A stretch of 64,000 nucleotides of DNA from Raillietiella orientalis (lineage: Eukaryota). The notes under the pieces were generated by a model, which ran no database searches, was not told the DNA's origin, and was given only the letters and a program-made list of their open reading frames with translations. Position numbers and translations under genes: made by a program. The first letter of the stretch is position 1; every line of letters starts with the position of its first letter. The stretch covers positions 744,001-808,000 of the forward strand of contig JAYWIR010000031.1 of the NCBI GenBank assembly GCA_036172245.1. The letters are read 5' to 3'. Of this stretch, positions 12,437 through 25,258 are shown one piece after another.

Positions 12437-15400
12437 TAGTAGTGTTTATGTGCGTGGAACAGAAAAATGAAATAGCAAAAGGATCTGAGTCGTCTGGAAT
12501 GGTCTCTCCTTCGTGCTCAAGACTGCTAAGAGGACACAGCACAGAACAGGAACAGCAAGGGGAGAGCAGATTCGAGAACATTTCCGAGGTTGTCAAATCC
12601 CATTTGGCCTCTCGAGAGGAGAGCGACTCTTGAGATTGTGGGTCGGCATGCTTCGTGATCTGCATTATGACTCGCTGTGCTCCGTCGTAACAATCTCCGC
12701 TGCATCTACATCAACCCATTTTTTTGTTCCTCCGGTTGATGCAGCCACCGGTCTGGGAGAACGTCAAAATGCTCGACTTGCGGAGGGGAAGCCCGCGTCC
12801 CGTGTATACATCGGAGAGAAATGTTCCATGAATCGTCCATCTCGCGGAGAGATCGTAGCGCGAGTCTAATCTTTCTGGAACCCCATAGAAAGGAACGGAT
12901 GTTTCCCGGAGTTGCTTAATCTTTAAACTCAGGACCTGTTCTGGAGCGCTCCTACAGGATGCGCTGTTGAGATTTTGGAGGAAACTGTTGACGAATTTTG
13001 TACTCGCTTCCGATGGTTTTGTATTTCAAAGTCTCCAAAAATTGCGACTGAGTCGTGATTCTTCGGCACCCACGTCTTGAAGCATCTCTCCATCATCGAG
13101 ACATTGAGAGACCATGAGTTCTCATTCCGACGGAGAAGAATTTCCTGTTAAAGTCAGCGCCGATTAATCGCCATACTTTTAAAATGGTCTCATTGGGTTC
13201 CACTTTCGCAGAAGGAGAGAACGTAAGAATTCGAGTGTCCTAAGGATCTGCGTCATTAATCAAGAGCGTGCTGCCATCTGTAACTCCTTTTTTCGTTTCC
13301 TTGTCATCTAATGCTACAAGGAACTGCCTGCGAGTGTGATGAACGGTTGCTTGAATCCCTGTATCATTAAATCCTACAACTATTTGAGGGTTAATTGAAT
13401 GCAGAAAATGCAGAAGGAGAGAAAATGGTCGACGGCTGGGAAACGCATCTCAAATTTTGTCTAGATGTAATGCTTAAGGCGGTTTATCCGCCATGCTCGG
13501 TGTTCACGCCTTTCTATACGGAAAACGATAGCGAGCGAAGCCGAAGATTGCAAGGAAAATGGAAAAACCGATACTGCTCTCAGTGTTTTTCTCCTTCCCA
13601 AATCCTTAATTCCTTCAATGTCACCAGCGCTGAGGTCAAAACCATTAGTTTACATGGAAGAGTAGTTCATTATCCAAAAGTACAGATAAGCAGGATTGGA
13701 ATTCGGAATCGGGATCTCACAGTCTCTCAGTATACCGCAATAGAGGAGAGAACAGAAAACAGTCTTTCGGAAATTTTCCGAGGAGGAATTCGATTTTCCA
13801 AGTATTTCTGAGGATTTCTGAGTATGCTCAAGGGATCCTGTGTAACTGCATCTTTCCAGGAGAGGAAATTCGCTTATGGGATGCTTTCCTCAGAGCTTTC
13901 ATCTCTGTTGGACATTCAATACGAGAAATTCATTCCCTTCCATGAAACTTTCGAGACTCAAACGCAATCGGAAGTCCAGAGTACGGGAAGATACTGGATT
14001 TCGGCGAATCTCCTCTATTCTCGTTCTTTTTCTCACAAGTCGGCTTCTATGAGAACCATAAATAAGTTGCGATGCACATTCATATACAGTCGAAAACAGA
14101 GTCCCAAAGGAAACTGCTCTACCACACGCAAAGATTAAGTTCCTAGTACCCCTTAGCCTTCTGTTTTTTCTTCCTTCCTTTCCAGAATTTTTTTTTTTTT
14201 TTTTTTTCGGGCTGAACAAAATTCCAGCGGAAATCAAATTGCCAAGCATCAGCACGAGACGAGTGGGTTGTCCCTGGTTACGATGCCATGTGCAGCGGTT
14301 GCCGCCGTTTCTTTCCTATGGAAAAAATTCATTTTGATAGCAAAATTCGAAAACTCTCGATTAGAAAGTTAACAGGTGGCTCCCTCGGCTAGAAAAAGGG
14401 GTGAGAAGTCTGTAAGAAATTGGACGTCTGCAAAGAATTCTTATCTGTTTCTCGAACGAACGAACTCGAGGTCATCGCGTTTTTATTTTGATTGAACACC
14501 GAAATCAAGACGTCATGACTTGGTAGCCTCGTAAGAAATCACAATCCACCGCTGGTCCACTGATTTGACAATTACTCGATGAAGATCATCACGGAATTTC
14601 TGAAACGTATGTTCTCTTCCTTCCGATCAATATTTCCAGATTTCCGAGCGCCTTCCTTCGGCGGATGAGGGCCACTTATCATTTCCTAGTCTCTCATGAG
14701 GTTTCTGGTTCTGTGCAGCTCCCAGCAGTTCCGCTTCCGGTTCGGTTCTGCTCAAGCGACTTCTGTGGACCAAACTCAGGTTCGTCTTCGAGAAATCATT
14801 CCGCATTTAATTTGTCCACTGCCTTTCGACGTACTGACGCAAAGTACCCTTGAACCATTCAGCGTGTGCCAGAAAGAAGGAAAAAAACGATTACTCATCT
14901 CTCTGTGATTATGTACGTGCCAGCCAAGAAAAATGAGTTGTACGCTGGACCGTTTGACGTGCTGAAAAATGATGTATTTTTTTCACTGGAAAAAAGACGA
15001 AGGAAAAAACCGATTAAAAAGTCCACTAAATACAAGCAATAAATACGAGCACAATTCTCCCCGTGTTGTCGCAATTCGATTCATCTGATTGCTTTCTGTG
15101 TTCCGATCTTTTCGTAAGGTATCCAAGGGTGGCCTGACAGTTCTCTCTTTACGGCCTCTGAAAGGAGCGCGGCTGCTGGAAGATTATGTTCGATAAAAAT
15201 CGCACGCTACCCAAAGGCAGTGTTGACCTTTGAGTTAATTGGATGCGAGGCTCAGAAAGCATGGAAACACTCATCCGAGTTGCTGTGCACCTGCTCGCTC
15301 ACTCAGGAATGATTCCATGAAAATCACTGGCACGCGTAAGTCTCCTAGTTTCCCAGAGAGAAAGCGACCGCTTGTGCCTCCCAGCTACTCCCCAAACTCG

Positions 15401-16024
15401 CGGCTCCGGGGGGATGGGAAGCTGAACGTGTCAGCAAAGGGGAAAAGATCCAAACAGAGGGGAGTCTCCTAGAAACGCGGAAACGCGGCGGAATCCAAGC
15501 GAAATTCTCCACATCAGTTAGCGGCGGAGGAAACTCGAAGTTTCCTCTTTCGGGTGGGAATGGAATTCTGGAAGATCTCGAATCAGGAGGAAGACCGCTG
15601 CTTACAAATTAACCAGTGAGAAGGAACGAAAAATCCACAATGGCGATGACGATTATTTCGAAATTTCGTCCACCAGCGTGGACTTAATTCAGGTTGTTTT
15701 TGGCATCTCACACCGCATAACGAAAATCCTGGACAGCATGCCTTCAATCCATGTCAGAATGGACACCGATCAGTGAGAATGAGCATTTCCATTCACATTT
15801 GTGCTATGCTTTTTTTTTTTTTTGGTTGCTGAAAGAATGAAAACATTTTGTTCCCACTGCGGAGGAATGTGTGGAATCGCGAAAGCAAAACAAAGGTGGA
15901 TGAAGCAATGCGTTGCTACGCACTGCGAGGAGAAGTGGTCACCAGTCAGAAATCAACGATCTCCAGGCCCATTTTTGATATCTTCTCAGCGGAAAGATTA
16001 AGACCTTGATTCTTGTTTACCAGG

Positions 16025-16459
16025 CAGGAAACAGATAACCTGTTTTCGGGATGTTACGACAAGGAGAACAAGCCCCTGTTCCCGCACCAGAAGGTCCTCG
16101 TGAACAGCAGGAGCACGCCCGGGGAGATCGGATTCTCGGCGGAGTCCCTGATCGGCATGCCGGAGACCCCAAGCAAGTCTCTGGGAATCGACAGCTCCGT
16201 GCTGTTCTCGCCTGCGTCCACACTTAGGGAGACTGTGCGCAAGGAGTACCCGGCAGGCAAACGATTCCTCCTCCACAAAACTCAAGGCGAAGGCGATTCG
16301 GCTCTCGAGCTCAACCATGTCCTTTCCCCCCGGTAGGATCAGCGAGTGTTCTCAAAAGCACTGGGAGACCGTGGCTTGCGGCAACACCCGCGACCAATTA
16401 CGGAGCAGGCGCGTAAGTGGCTCTCCTTCCGGGGCTACAGATCTCTGAGCTACGTGTGA
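16025..16459 (+). pseudogene. Myb: Myb (invertebrate c-Myb/B-Myb-type) C-terminal region pseudogene fragment
   Basis: DKEN..STPGEI..MPETPSKSLGIDSSVLFSPASTLRETV, then after the stop at 16334 and a frame change WETVACGNTRDQL (from 16362), then after a second frameshift TEQARKWLS..RSL. These match the conserved Myb C-terminal motifs ETPSK and WExVACGKTxDQxxxTEQAR. Confidence 0.85.
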
Positions 16460-19400
16460 AGACGACCCTTTCCTCTTCTTCGTCTTCTCATTACGGGATG
16501 CTTCGATCCCCCTTCATCCCTCTCCCCACCTTCCAAGAACTCGCTCCCGCGTCCTCAATAGAAATGTGTTGGAGGACTAAATTGTTCAGCAATCGCGAGC
16601 AGCTGAGGTAGTGATGGATGTGGTTTCCCAAAGCTGCAGTCAGAAAGAAGAATCTGCCATTGAAACTTTGCTGAAAGATCGTGTGAAAGCATCAATGAAA
16701 AATTGCGCTGTATTGTATGAATGTATTGTGTGAGTTTCTAGGACTGGACCACTATTCATGCAGCTACGTAAAAACAGTTCATTCAGCCAAATTCTTCGAT
16801 TCACGAAATGAAAAATGGAAGATTTATATTTTGAGTAATGAAGAATCATTTACTCGGGATTCTTATATCTCGTTCTTCTTCTTCACTGTGTGGAAATGGC
16901 TGTTCAGAAAGCCCAAGGAAACAGATTGTGGCTTCGTCCTGTTACCAGCTCCTGTGTAAAGGTAAGGAGTCTGCGTGTCTCTTGTTTCACCATGATGAAT
17001 TCAAGGGCAGTAGGTTAGTCTCGCTGCTTATGTGTGCCTAGAGCTTCATCTATTTCAAATCACCTCTGATTTCCTTGTTTATTGTCGCAAAGTACCCAGA
17101 GATATACTTTTCTTGGAAACTCCATTAAAGCGCTTTGTCCTTTTAAAAAAAATAAAACTGAAAAATTTTCTTTCCCAACTGATATTTTAATAATTAGCGT
17201 TTCTTTTCATCACTGAATGTAAATGAGGTTGTTTCCAAATAAGCAAAAATAGATGATGATGGCATTTTAAGAAGTTGCGGGATGGATGATCCGCTTTGAG
17301 GTTATGACGGAGATCTCTAGAGCTTATTTTGTATCATCGCTTAGAAACCTGGTGGCGCTGTCATACCCAGGAGACGTGAATTTCTAGAGCATTGCGCTTA
17401 TCCCCCACCAGCGCTTCATTGTGGTCACCATGGCATCGACGTCCACAAGCCTTTAACAGCATCTTCAAAACCCGTTAGGCCCTGTTGAGCAGTAAACTGT
17501 GACCAACTCCAGGAAAATACCAGCCGCCCGAGAATGAGTGAAACTTGGATAAAGCATCTCATCACGTCTATGATCACTCCACTGCCGCCTGCCTTCACCT
17601 TCACTTGGGACTCCTATTGTGAACAAGTAGGAGCCAGTGCTTCCTAGCTCATTACTGTACCCTATTGGCTGACCTTGTGGTGTCTTTCGCTCTTTCATCA
17701 GGTCTCCCACAGGCATGAAAGAGATGCTCGCATCGTCCCTTTTAGTATTTTGGATTTCACAAGCATTTCCTGAGTCGCCACTTGCACGGAATAAATGCCT
17801 CCGGGCATCAGGTGACTTGGTTTCAATCTGGTGACGTCTCTTTACAGAAGTTTTTTTACTTTTCGCTGCATTATCCTGCAATCGTTCCTTCTTCATTAAT
17901 GTTTTCTTGCTTGCTTTTGCGCAATTTCGATGATCTACGAATCATCCAAAAGCCAGCAGCTTGCAAGCAGTAGCCGCGTAGCTCCCGATAAGTTTCCAAG
18001 AATGAAGGCCTTCTTGGATGCCCTAGGATTACCTGATGAATGCATAATTAAGGGACACATAAGGAAGTATGAAAGGACCGGAATCAATCGAATGAGGACG
18101 CCATGCTTTGGAAGAAGAAACGGCTCCACGAAACGAGAAATGAATCCGTGCTTGCGAAAAAACGAACTTAAAACAGAACGAGCATGTACTTTCATCACAT
18201 GTGATAAGTCATAGTGCCATTAGCTGCAGATTCGAAATCACAAATGTCAGAAAGCATGCCCGAAAATTGCACTCATCCTCTGTGTCTCATAAAGAAACCC
18301 AACAAAAACTGATTGCCTGTTGTATCGAAAATCCTGTCCTGAGAAAGCGAGACACCCATACAAAAGAGGGCTCATCGATGCACAGGCAGTAAAATTTGCT
18401 ATTTAGAAAGCCACCAATCGTCGGTTCAGCGTGTTTTGAAAAGCAGTCGTCCTATTGGACTCCCTGAATCAAATACGATGAAGCTAAGGTGAATACAAAG
18501 ACAACAACAAGGATAGTTTTGGGAAACAAGAAATAAAACATTTCTCGGAAATACATGATGCTGGATTGATGAAACGCATTGAAGACCCTCGCTCGACCAA
18601 GGATGCCAAGCGATGAAAATCCCTACAATTAAGAGACAGACCCCTTCAGCATCTTGAAGAGCATCTCATGGTACTGCGAAGGCTGTAGACACTTCGATAG
18701 AAAAATAGGCCGTATATCAACAGTCCTTTTATCTTATTCGGATATTCAACCCTTCTCTGAGCATTTCATCCTTGAAAATTAGTAAGTTTCTCATCTTCAT
18801 CATAACGGTCTTGAACAGATTTCGGAGTAGGAAGCAATTAAGACATCGTGGTCCCCCTGGTTGACTCTCAACTGGAGAAAATTGAATACGGAATTAGCAT
18901 GGCATGCCTTGAGAAATAATTGGGCATCGAAATGCATGAAATAGACACAGATACTAAATACCATAGCGATAAATTTCAATTTCTGTTGTTACCTAGGTGA
19001 CACATGTCGGGGATTCGAAGGGGGCCAAAAAACACATTCGAGCGATTTTCTCGCACCAGCAATAGCCAAATGCACCCTCATATAAAGGCAGCGTAGGATT
19101 AAGAAGCTTAGCGAATATCTGCAAGAGTGTCAAGGGTACGAAAGATTTACGAATTTTTTCATTCAAAACCAAAAAAAAAAACAGCAGCACTTCTGTTGCA
19201 TTCGTAAATATGCTACGATTCTCCTGACATCAGCTGATGAATGCAAACGCACGGAAGAGACCACACATCACGATCTTCCACAGCACCATCCTTGGTTTTT
19301 TTCTCATTTCGATTCCCTTTAATCGGCACGTCGCAATTTTCAAAGCTGGCGCCATCTTCTGGAAAGCGTGAGAATTCAGAAGCAAAAAAAGTGGATGTTT

Positions 19401-20541
19401 ACCAACAAGATCCGTAACATGCATACTTGAAAAACACAAGAAGTTCATAAAAGAGTTTCTGAAAATGGAGGACAGCATGTTTTTCCGAAAACTTCGGAAG
19501 CTTTGGTTCACTGAACACACCTAATTCTGTAGGAACTTTATTGGAAAATCGATCTCTTCATCAACTTGTAAACGTTTAGCAATAGATGAAATCATTACTT
19601 TCGCACCATTAAAATTACGAAAACTATTCTTTAGATTCTCTCTGTCGTTGAATCGACATTAAATGTTCTTAAAGAAATGCATTCTTCGGGCAGCAAACGT
19701 GAGCTCTACATTCCAGGTTTGTCCAGGTTCCTCCAGGATGCATCAATACGTCTAGGACAACACAAAAGGACGCAGCTGCATAAAGTGAAATTGCCTCTCG
19801 GAATCCGTGTGAGGAGTTCACGGCCTAATCAAAGTGCCATATAGATGAAATTTTCAGCTCCTAGTGAACCTTATCTGGACCACGATCTGTGGGCGAAAAT
19901 CTTAATGTTCACCCTCAGATCCGCTGTTTCATTTCTGCTGTTTCTTCGCATCAGTAGAACATTCATGAGTCCCTGATAAGTTCCCTTTGATCTTGCAGAT
20001 CAACCCAATGACAATTAGCTCTATGTTGAGTAATGCTGTAGAATTAGTATAAATCAACAGACATGGGTTATGGAAAAAGTTCGGATCAGCTTTTGAAAAG
20101 GCCGATGAGCGGGAGCGAGAATTCTTGACGCAAATTCAGGAATCCCGAAAAAACGTTGAAATCAGGGCATCTCATTTCACAGAGATAATTTGTAATTGGA
20201 TAGTCATTAAGAAGAGACCTTCGGATCAGTTCATCTCTGCTACACTTGTCATGTTAAACCAAAGCGAGCAAAGCTGGGCATGACTTGCTAATTTTGGACC
20301 AAGTTTCAGAATGAAAATCTTTCCAGCATTTGGTGGTTTCAAATCTGAATGTGTATTTGTCCACCATTTTTCGTGCTAGCCTTTGAAAACTACAACGCAA
20401 GGCCTCCACGTGAATTCGAAGATTCGAATTGGGATGGGATGCTGTTGCAGCTGAGTTTCTCCTTAGCCAAATCAACACCCGAGAAGACTAATTAAAAATA
20501 GAAGTCACTGCAAAATGCTCCCGAATATTTTTCTCGGTAAT

Positions 20542-20810
20542 TCACAAACGATTAGGGCTGACCACATGGTTAATATGTTGCATCAACGAAAAATAGTGAA
20601 TCCGCTCGGACTCCATCGGCAAATGAAGGAGCACATTCTTAAGATGGTCTGCACGCAGAAAGGATGGGCACTGAGTGTCTTCAATAAAGGGCTGCAGATG
20701 TCTTATAGCATTTGCTATCTGGTTAGAAAGTTTCTTGTCACGTGGATCCACAGCATGGCTGAAAAAAGCTTCGCCTCTAGCTGCGAGAGTGCAAAGTGCT
20801 GAGGCCCAAA
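20542..20810 (-). pseudogene. Probable Mab-21/cGAS-like (cGLR/ITPRIP-type) C-terminal domain fragment
   Basis: FALSQLEAKLFSAM (resembles WRLSFxxxExxL), then a frameshift, then AIRHLQPF..PSFLRADHLKNVLLHL (resembles LxSYHLKTxLLHL). Order and approximate spacing are as expected. Motif-level similarity only. Confidence 0.5.
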
Positions 20811-23800
20811 AACCAGCTTTTCAAAACTTGGAAACATTGGGTGTGTCGAAAGTTTCTTCACAAGTCACTCGACTTGCGGCTATTATGAAAAACCGGTCCG
20901 GTGTACGTTTCCTTTTGATCTGCTAATCTACCTAGATGATCTCTGATTAGGAAGGTGGAATCATTTACTTCTTGCTTATCTCGTCAGAGGAAACAAGAAC
21001 TCACTCTACTTGTGGAAAGCAAAAACGAAACCCTCATCCGTTTAGGAGAATTCTACTGGAACGGATAGAGTCGTTGTTAAAGTTGTAGATCATATTGGAG
21101 TTGGAGTTCCAGCATCACTCCAACATGTTAAATTAGTCGGAGCTTGCGCGAATGACATAAAACTGATTCGCAAATTTTCTCAAATTAATTCTATATCTTT
21201 CGACGGGAGGACGACCTTTGGCGACCTTTGAAGTGCAATCCCTGACGGTAGCGAAATGTCTCCCGAAATCTGTTCGGACACGGATTGGGCAGATTGAATA
21301 TTGACTCCATGCAGTTGTTAAGCAACAAGTTTGCTGAAGAGCAACAGAAAACATGTCGATCGGAATGAAGTGCAACGACAAACAACAGGCGGAGTGCTTA
21401 CCCAAGCAAACACAGAGAAGCACGAGCAAAAAAGACAGTCGAAATGTGGAAATCTGACCATCTTTGAGGCACGTACACCAAAAAGCGGACTTGAAACCAA
21501 AGAAAGCTGAAATCTCCATGATGAAGAGCTCCGTCCTGAGCATCCCTGATGGAGAGTCCAACTACCGCTTGCGCGGGTGTCCCATGCAGGTGTGCCTAAG
21601 GGGAACAGGAAGGTTTCTCTCCTTCTGTGTTCATTAGCCCGGAGCTTTCTCCTGAGGAGGAGAGAGTCTGTTTCCGTGGTGCTCATCTCATTTGGACCGA
21701 ACAATTTCTCATATCAACTTCGACGAGTCTGCTCGATTAATCTTTTCCTGAATCACAGATTTCATATATTTCGAGATGCTTTCCGATATCAGCGTGATTT
21801 TTCGTTGTCAGTGAGCGCGAAAACTCGGAATGCCAATGGAGTGTTTGTCCGCCTATTGCCATGCATTTCCGATCTCTTCTTGAAAGGGCAGTGGCTGCAT
21901 CTCCATTCAGCAGAGACAGACAAGTGCTTACTACTCTCTTGATTCATTTAGCAGATGAATAATCACCATTTACAACGAATTACTCGTTCTTTCTACCTAC
22001 CAGTTACTTGAACGTACTTTAACACAAAAAGAACATCATCCAATTGAAAATGGTAAAATGGCCATCCGTGGTTTGAGTTCGTTTCCTTCATTGTGCTCTG
22101 TGGGAGGCATTTGCCAAAGCTGCAGATCTTTTCTATTGAAAAGGCAGGAAACTGAAGATCTCTACGACCGAGTTCTTGCAAAGAGTGTTCCATAGCACTT
22201 TTCTTCCTCACGACGCACAATTATTCATCGAAATGTCGTGAAATATGACCAAGCCTAAGCCACAGATTAATTCTGGAACACTTCGAAATTTGGAAACACA
22301 GAGAGATGCCTTGAAAGTCGAGCGGAGTTGGTATGGGACTCTTGAAAGGTTTTGGTGTGCAAAGATGCAGAAGAGGAACCTCGATAGCTTGAACCGTCTG
22401 GGAGGACTGAAGTGACTTTCTCTGAATTATTTCTAAGTTGGGTGAAAGGGAATTTTGCAGATGAAATGAAGCAATGGGGATTCAAAGAAGTCATGCACAT
22501 TCCACAGATAATATAGTTTTAGCACGCACAATAACATTGACTAATCATAAATATGAAATGAAATGTCAACAAATTGTTTCAACGTCTCAATCCCATGATC
22601 TATGAGACTGGAATGAAGGCTAATTGGTTACTGACCAGCATGAACTGTTTCGTGCTGGTACTCACCTGACATGAGTGTAGGACTATTGTCCATCATTTTC
22701 CTTAATGAAGACCCATTTGGAGCTATTTTTCGAATCAAAACCAGGTGTGATCTCTGGATTTTTCCAGCGAATGGTCGAATACTTTCAGAGATGGCCGATA
22801 GATTAAACAACTGAAAGCAATGACGGTGTAATCAGAATATGTTCTTTTGTTGTCTTTCATGAGAGTAGAAAAGCAGTTCAGTATGTTTTGGAAAAAGCAA
22901 ATCCGAAAGGAAGAATGTTGCAAGTCCACCAATAAAGTAACCGACTCTGACCCTTCAATTCGAAATTTTCTTGATGACAAGAGGAGGAAGTGAGTGTGAT
23001 CAGAAGGAAACCAACAGATCTCGACTCTAATAGGAAATGAGAGGTGAGGAACCTGACAGAAAACAGATGCATTCTTGTAATTAGAATGCAAACGGGGCTC
23101 TGCAAAATGTAGCTGTAGAAGGACCCGCATAGGCTTTAGAAGAAGTGGGCCTGATAGACTAAGCAAAACGAGTACCTACTAATGAGCATGAATCGGCATT
23201 GCCCTCCAAGATCTCAACTTCCCTCTCTTCCTCACAGGCAGGGTAATTTATTACTGCATCAGTGACAAAGTGGGTTCAAAAAAGAAGAGACACAGGCTAC
23301 AAAAAATACAAGATTTATATCCGTTTTATGAGCCATGATGGTAGCAACACTGGCAGAATCACAAATGAACCCAAAGCACTATCAGTCTATTGGTCACATT
23401 CACAATCACTGTAATGCGCTTACATTATGATATGTTAACATCGGGGTTACTAGAAAAATAGAGAACCAGCAAGCTGCAGCCACTGATGGTTGTATCTGGA
23501 GGCAGCGTATATGACTGTCATCAGCCGACTTCATCCTATTTGTGGTGTTGTCATCAAATTTGCTCCGAGATGCATCTGAACTTTCTGGCTTAAGATATCC
23601 GCTTCAGTATCATTAATGCGCCCGTGTTATTGCAGTGAAATAACTTTGAACAAACATCATACGTGGAAGGTCTTTTATTGCATCCTGCTGTGGTATCGCA
23701 CCACATCGTAGCCTCTCATGTTCCAACAAGGATGAACAGATTTAAACTTGTAGATGAAAGTTCCCGGAGCTGCTGAAGCATTGGAGCACGTTCGAATGGA

Positions 23801-24407
23801 GACTGATCCTAATCATCTCAAGTTTGCTCGACATGAAGATAAGCCGCATCTGCGGTGCAAACAATTTGGTTCCTTTCTACAAAGGCATAGGTCACGATTT
23901 CGCATTTTCTGTGTGGAATCAAGGACGCGTTGTGACTCATCTTTCCGTAAATCCTTCGACCACCACGGAGGAAAGATTCATGCATTTACTTAACGCACGC
24001 GGTAATCCCAATGAGAAATGAAAAAGGATCCTTCGTAGCTACGTTGCTCCAGCTCTTTTAATAAAAGCATCTGGCTTACATCGTGGTCTCGGTTTGCAGT
24101 AAATGCACTGACGTTTCCTCGGAGATACTAATCTGACATGAAACCTTGGTCACTTGGGTGAACGACTAGAAGTGAGAAGGATGCGCCGTTCACGTGAAGA
24201 TCTCATGAGGTGGAGCGTAGGTGGTGTTTCGCCAATTCAGTCAAGAATTCAGCCCTCAAGAACAAATGGATTTTTCTTAGCACCAGACCCAGAACTCGAG
24301 CTTTCCTTTGGACTATACGCCTTTTTATTACTACGAGTCCATAAATTCGAACTCTTTCGCGCCATAATAAAATCGGTAGCATTATTCCTCAATGCCAGGA
24401 GCACTGC

Positions 24408-24480
24408 GTTACTTACAGCACTGCCTTAACTGATTTGGTTATTACTCTTTTGAAATACAACTACGATTGCTCTTACTACT
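24408..24480 (+). repeat. ~75-bp diverged direct repeat, partner at 26008-26086
   Basis: cactgccttaactgatttggttattactcttttgaaatacaactacgattgc aligns with cactgcattaactgatgtcgtcattactctttcgaaacacagctgcgattgc. Confidence 0.75.
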
Positions 24481-25258
24481 AATAAAAAAAACAAGGAAAT
24501 AAAATTTTGTTGCTCGCACATTTCTCTTTCTCTCGTTTTTTTTTTTTTCCTTCTTTTACATATGATTAGAGTAAATACTTTAAATCAAAGCGCCCTCATC
24601 GATGTCTGGATGGAAACAGACTTTAGATCAGCACGTAATGAGCGAAACTTGCAATCAATGACCATTGATTTAAAGTTTAAATCCTAAACGTACAAGCTGT
24701 AATTTCGAGCACCGTGAAAGGAAAAGTCACGTCTTATACGGCTCACACCGCTGTTTTTGGTCACTCAGAGATCCTCGTCTACACTTTACTGAACACCAGC
24801 CCACCGGGGCAGATTGAAGACGTGAGAAATCATCACGATGCCGGAAACTGGATGCCACACCAAAACACGTGAGCAAAGCGATCTGCTCACGACTTTGTGC
24901 ACGGGTGCACAATTTTCGCCTCGCCTGTTTTCAGTGTCAGCTCAACTTACATTCAGCCACTGCCCTCCATAATTCTTTTGCATCTTGCATCTATCAACTC
25001 ATAATGACAAATGGACGGACGTCAGAAAAGCATTTGCTTACTCTTTGCTCCCCTACTGCAGACCTCTTCATTCGGGATCACGTAATCACGGGAAAGGAGA
25101 AAAAACAACTGTCATTAAAATCATCCGTTGTTGTCACGTGAATATTCGTTAGTATTTTCTACCCTCCCCAGGCTTTACCGATTAAATGACTTGGTGTCCT
25201 TAGGATTCACTGGTTAGATCATTTGTCTTTTTTGCTTCACTTTTAAGCAAAAGGTTTA

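Noticed and set aside
10069..14050. Upstream Myb exons (acceptor-like sites at ~10098, 10911, 12461 and 13860)
   Set aside because: Translations show no convincing Myb motif, so they cannot be supported.
23600..23700. RING-variant-like LMRPCYC motif
   Set aside because: The remaining Cys/His ligands are not in register and there are stops nearby.
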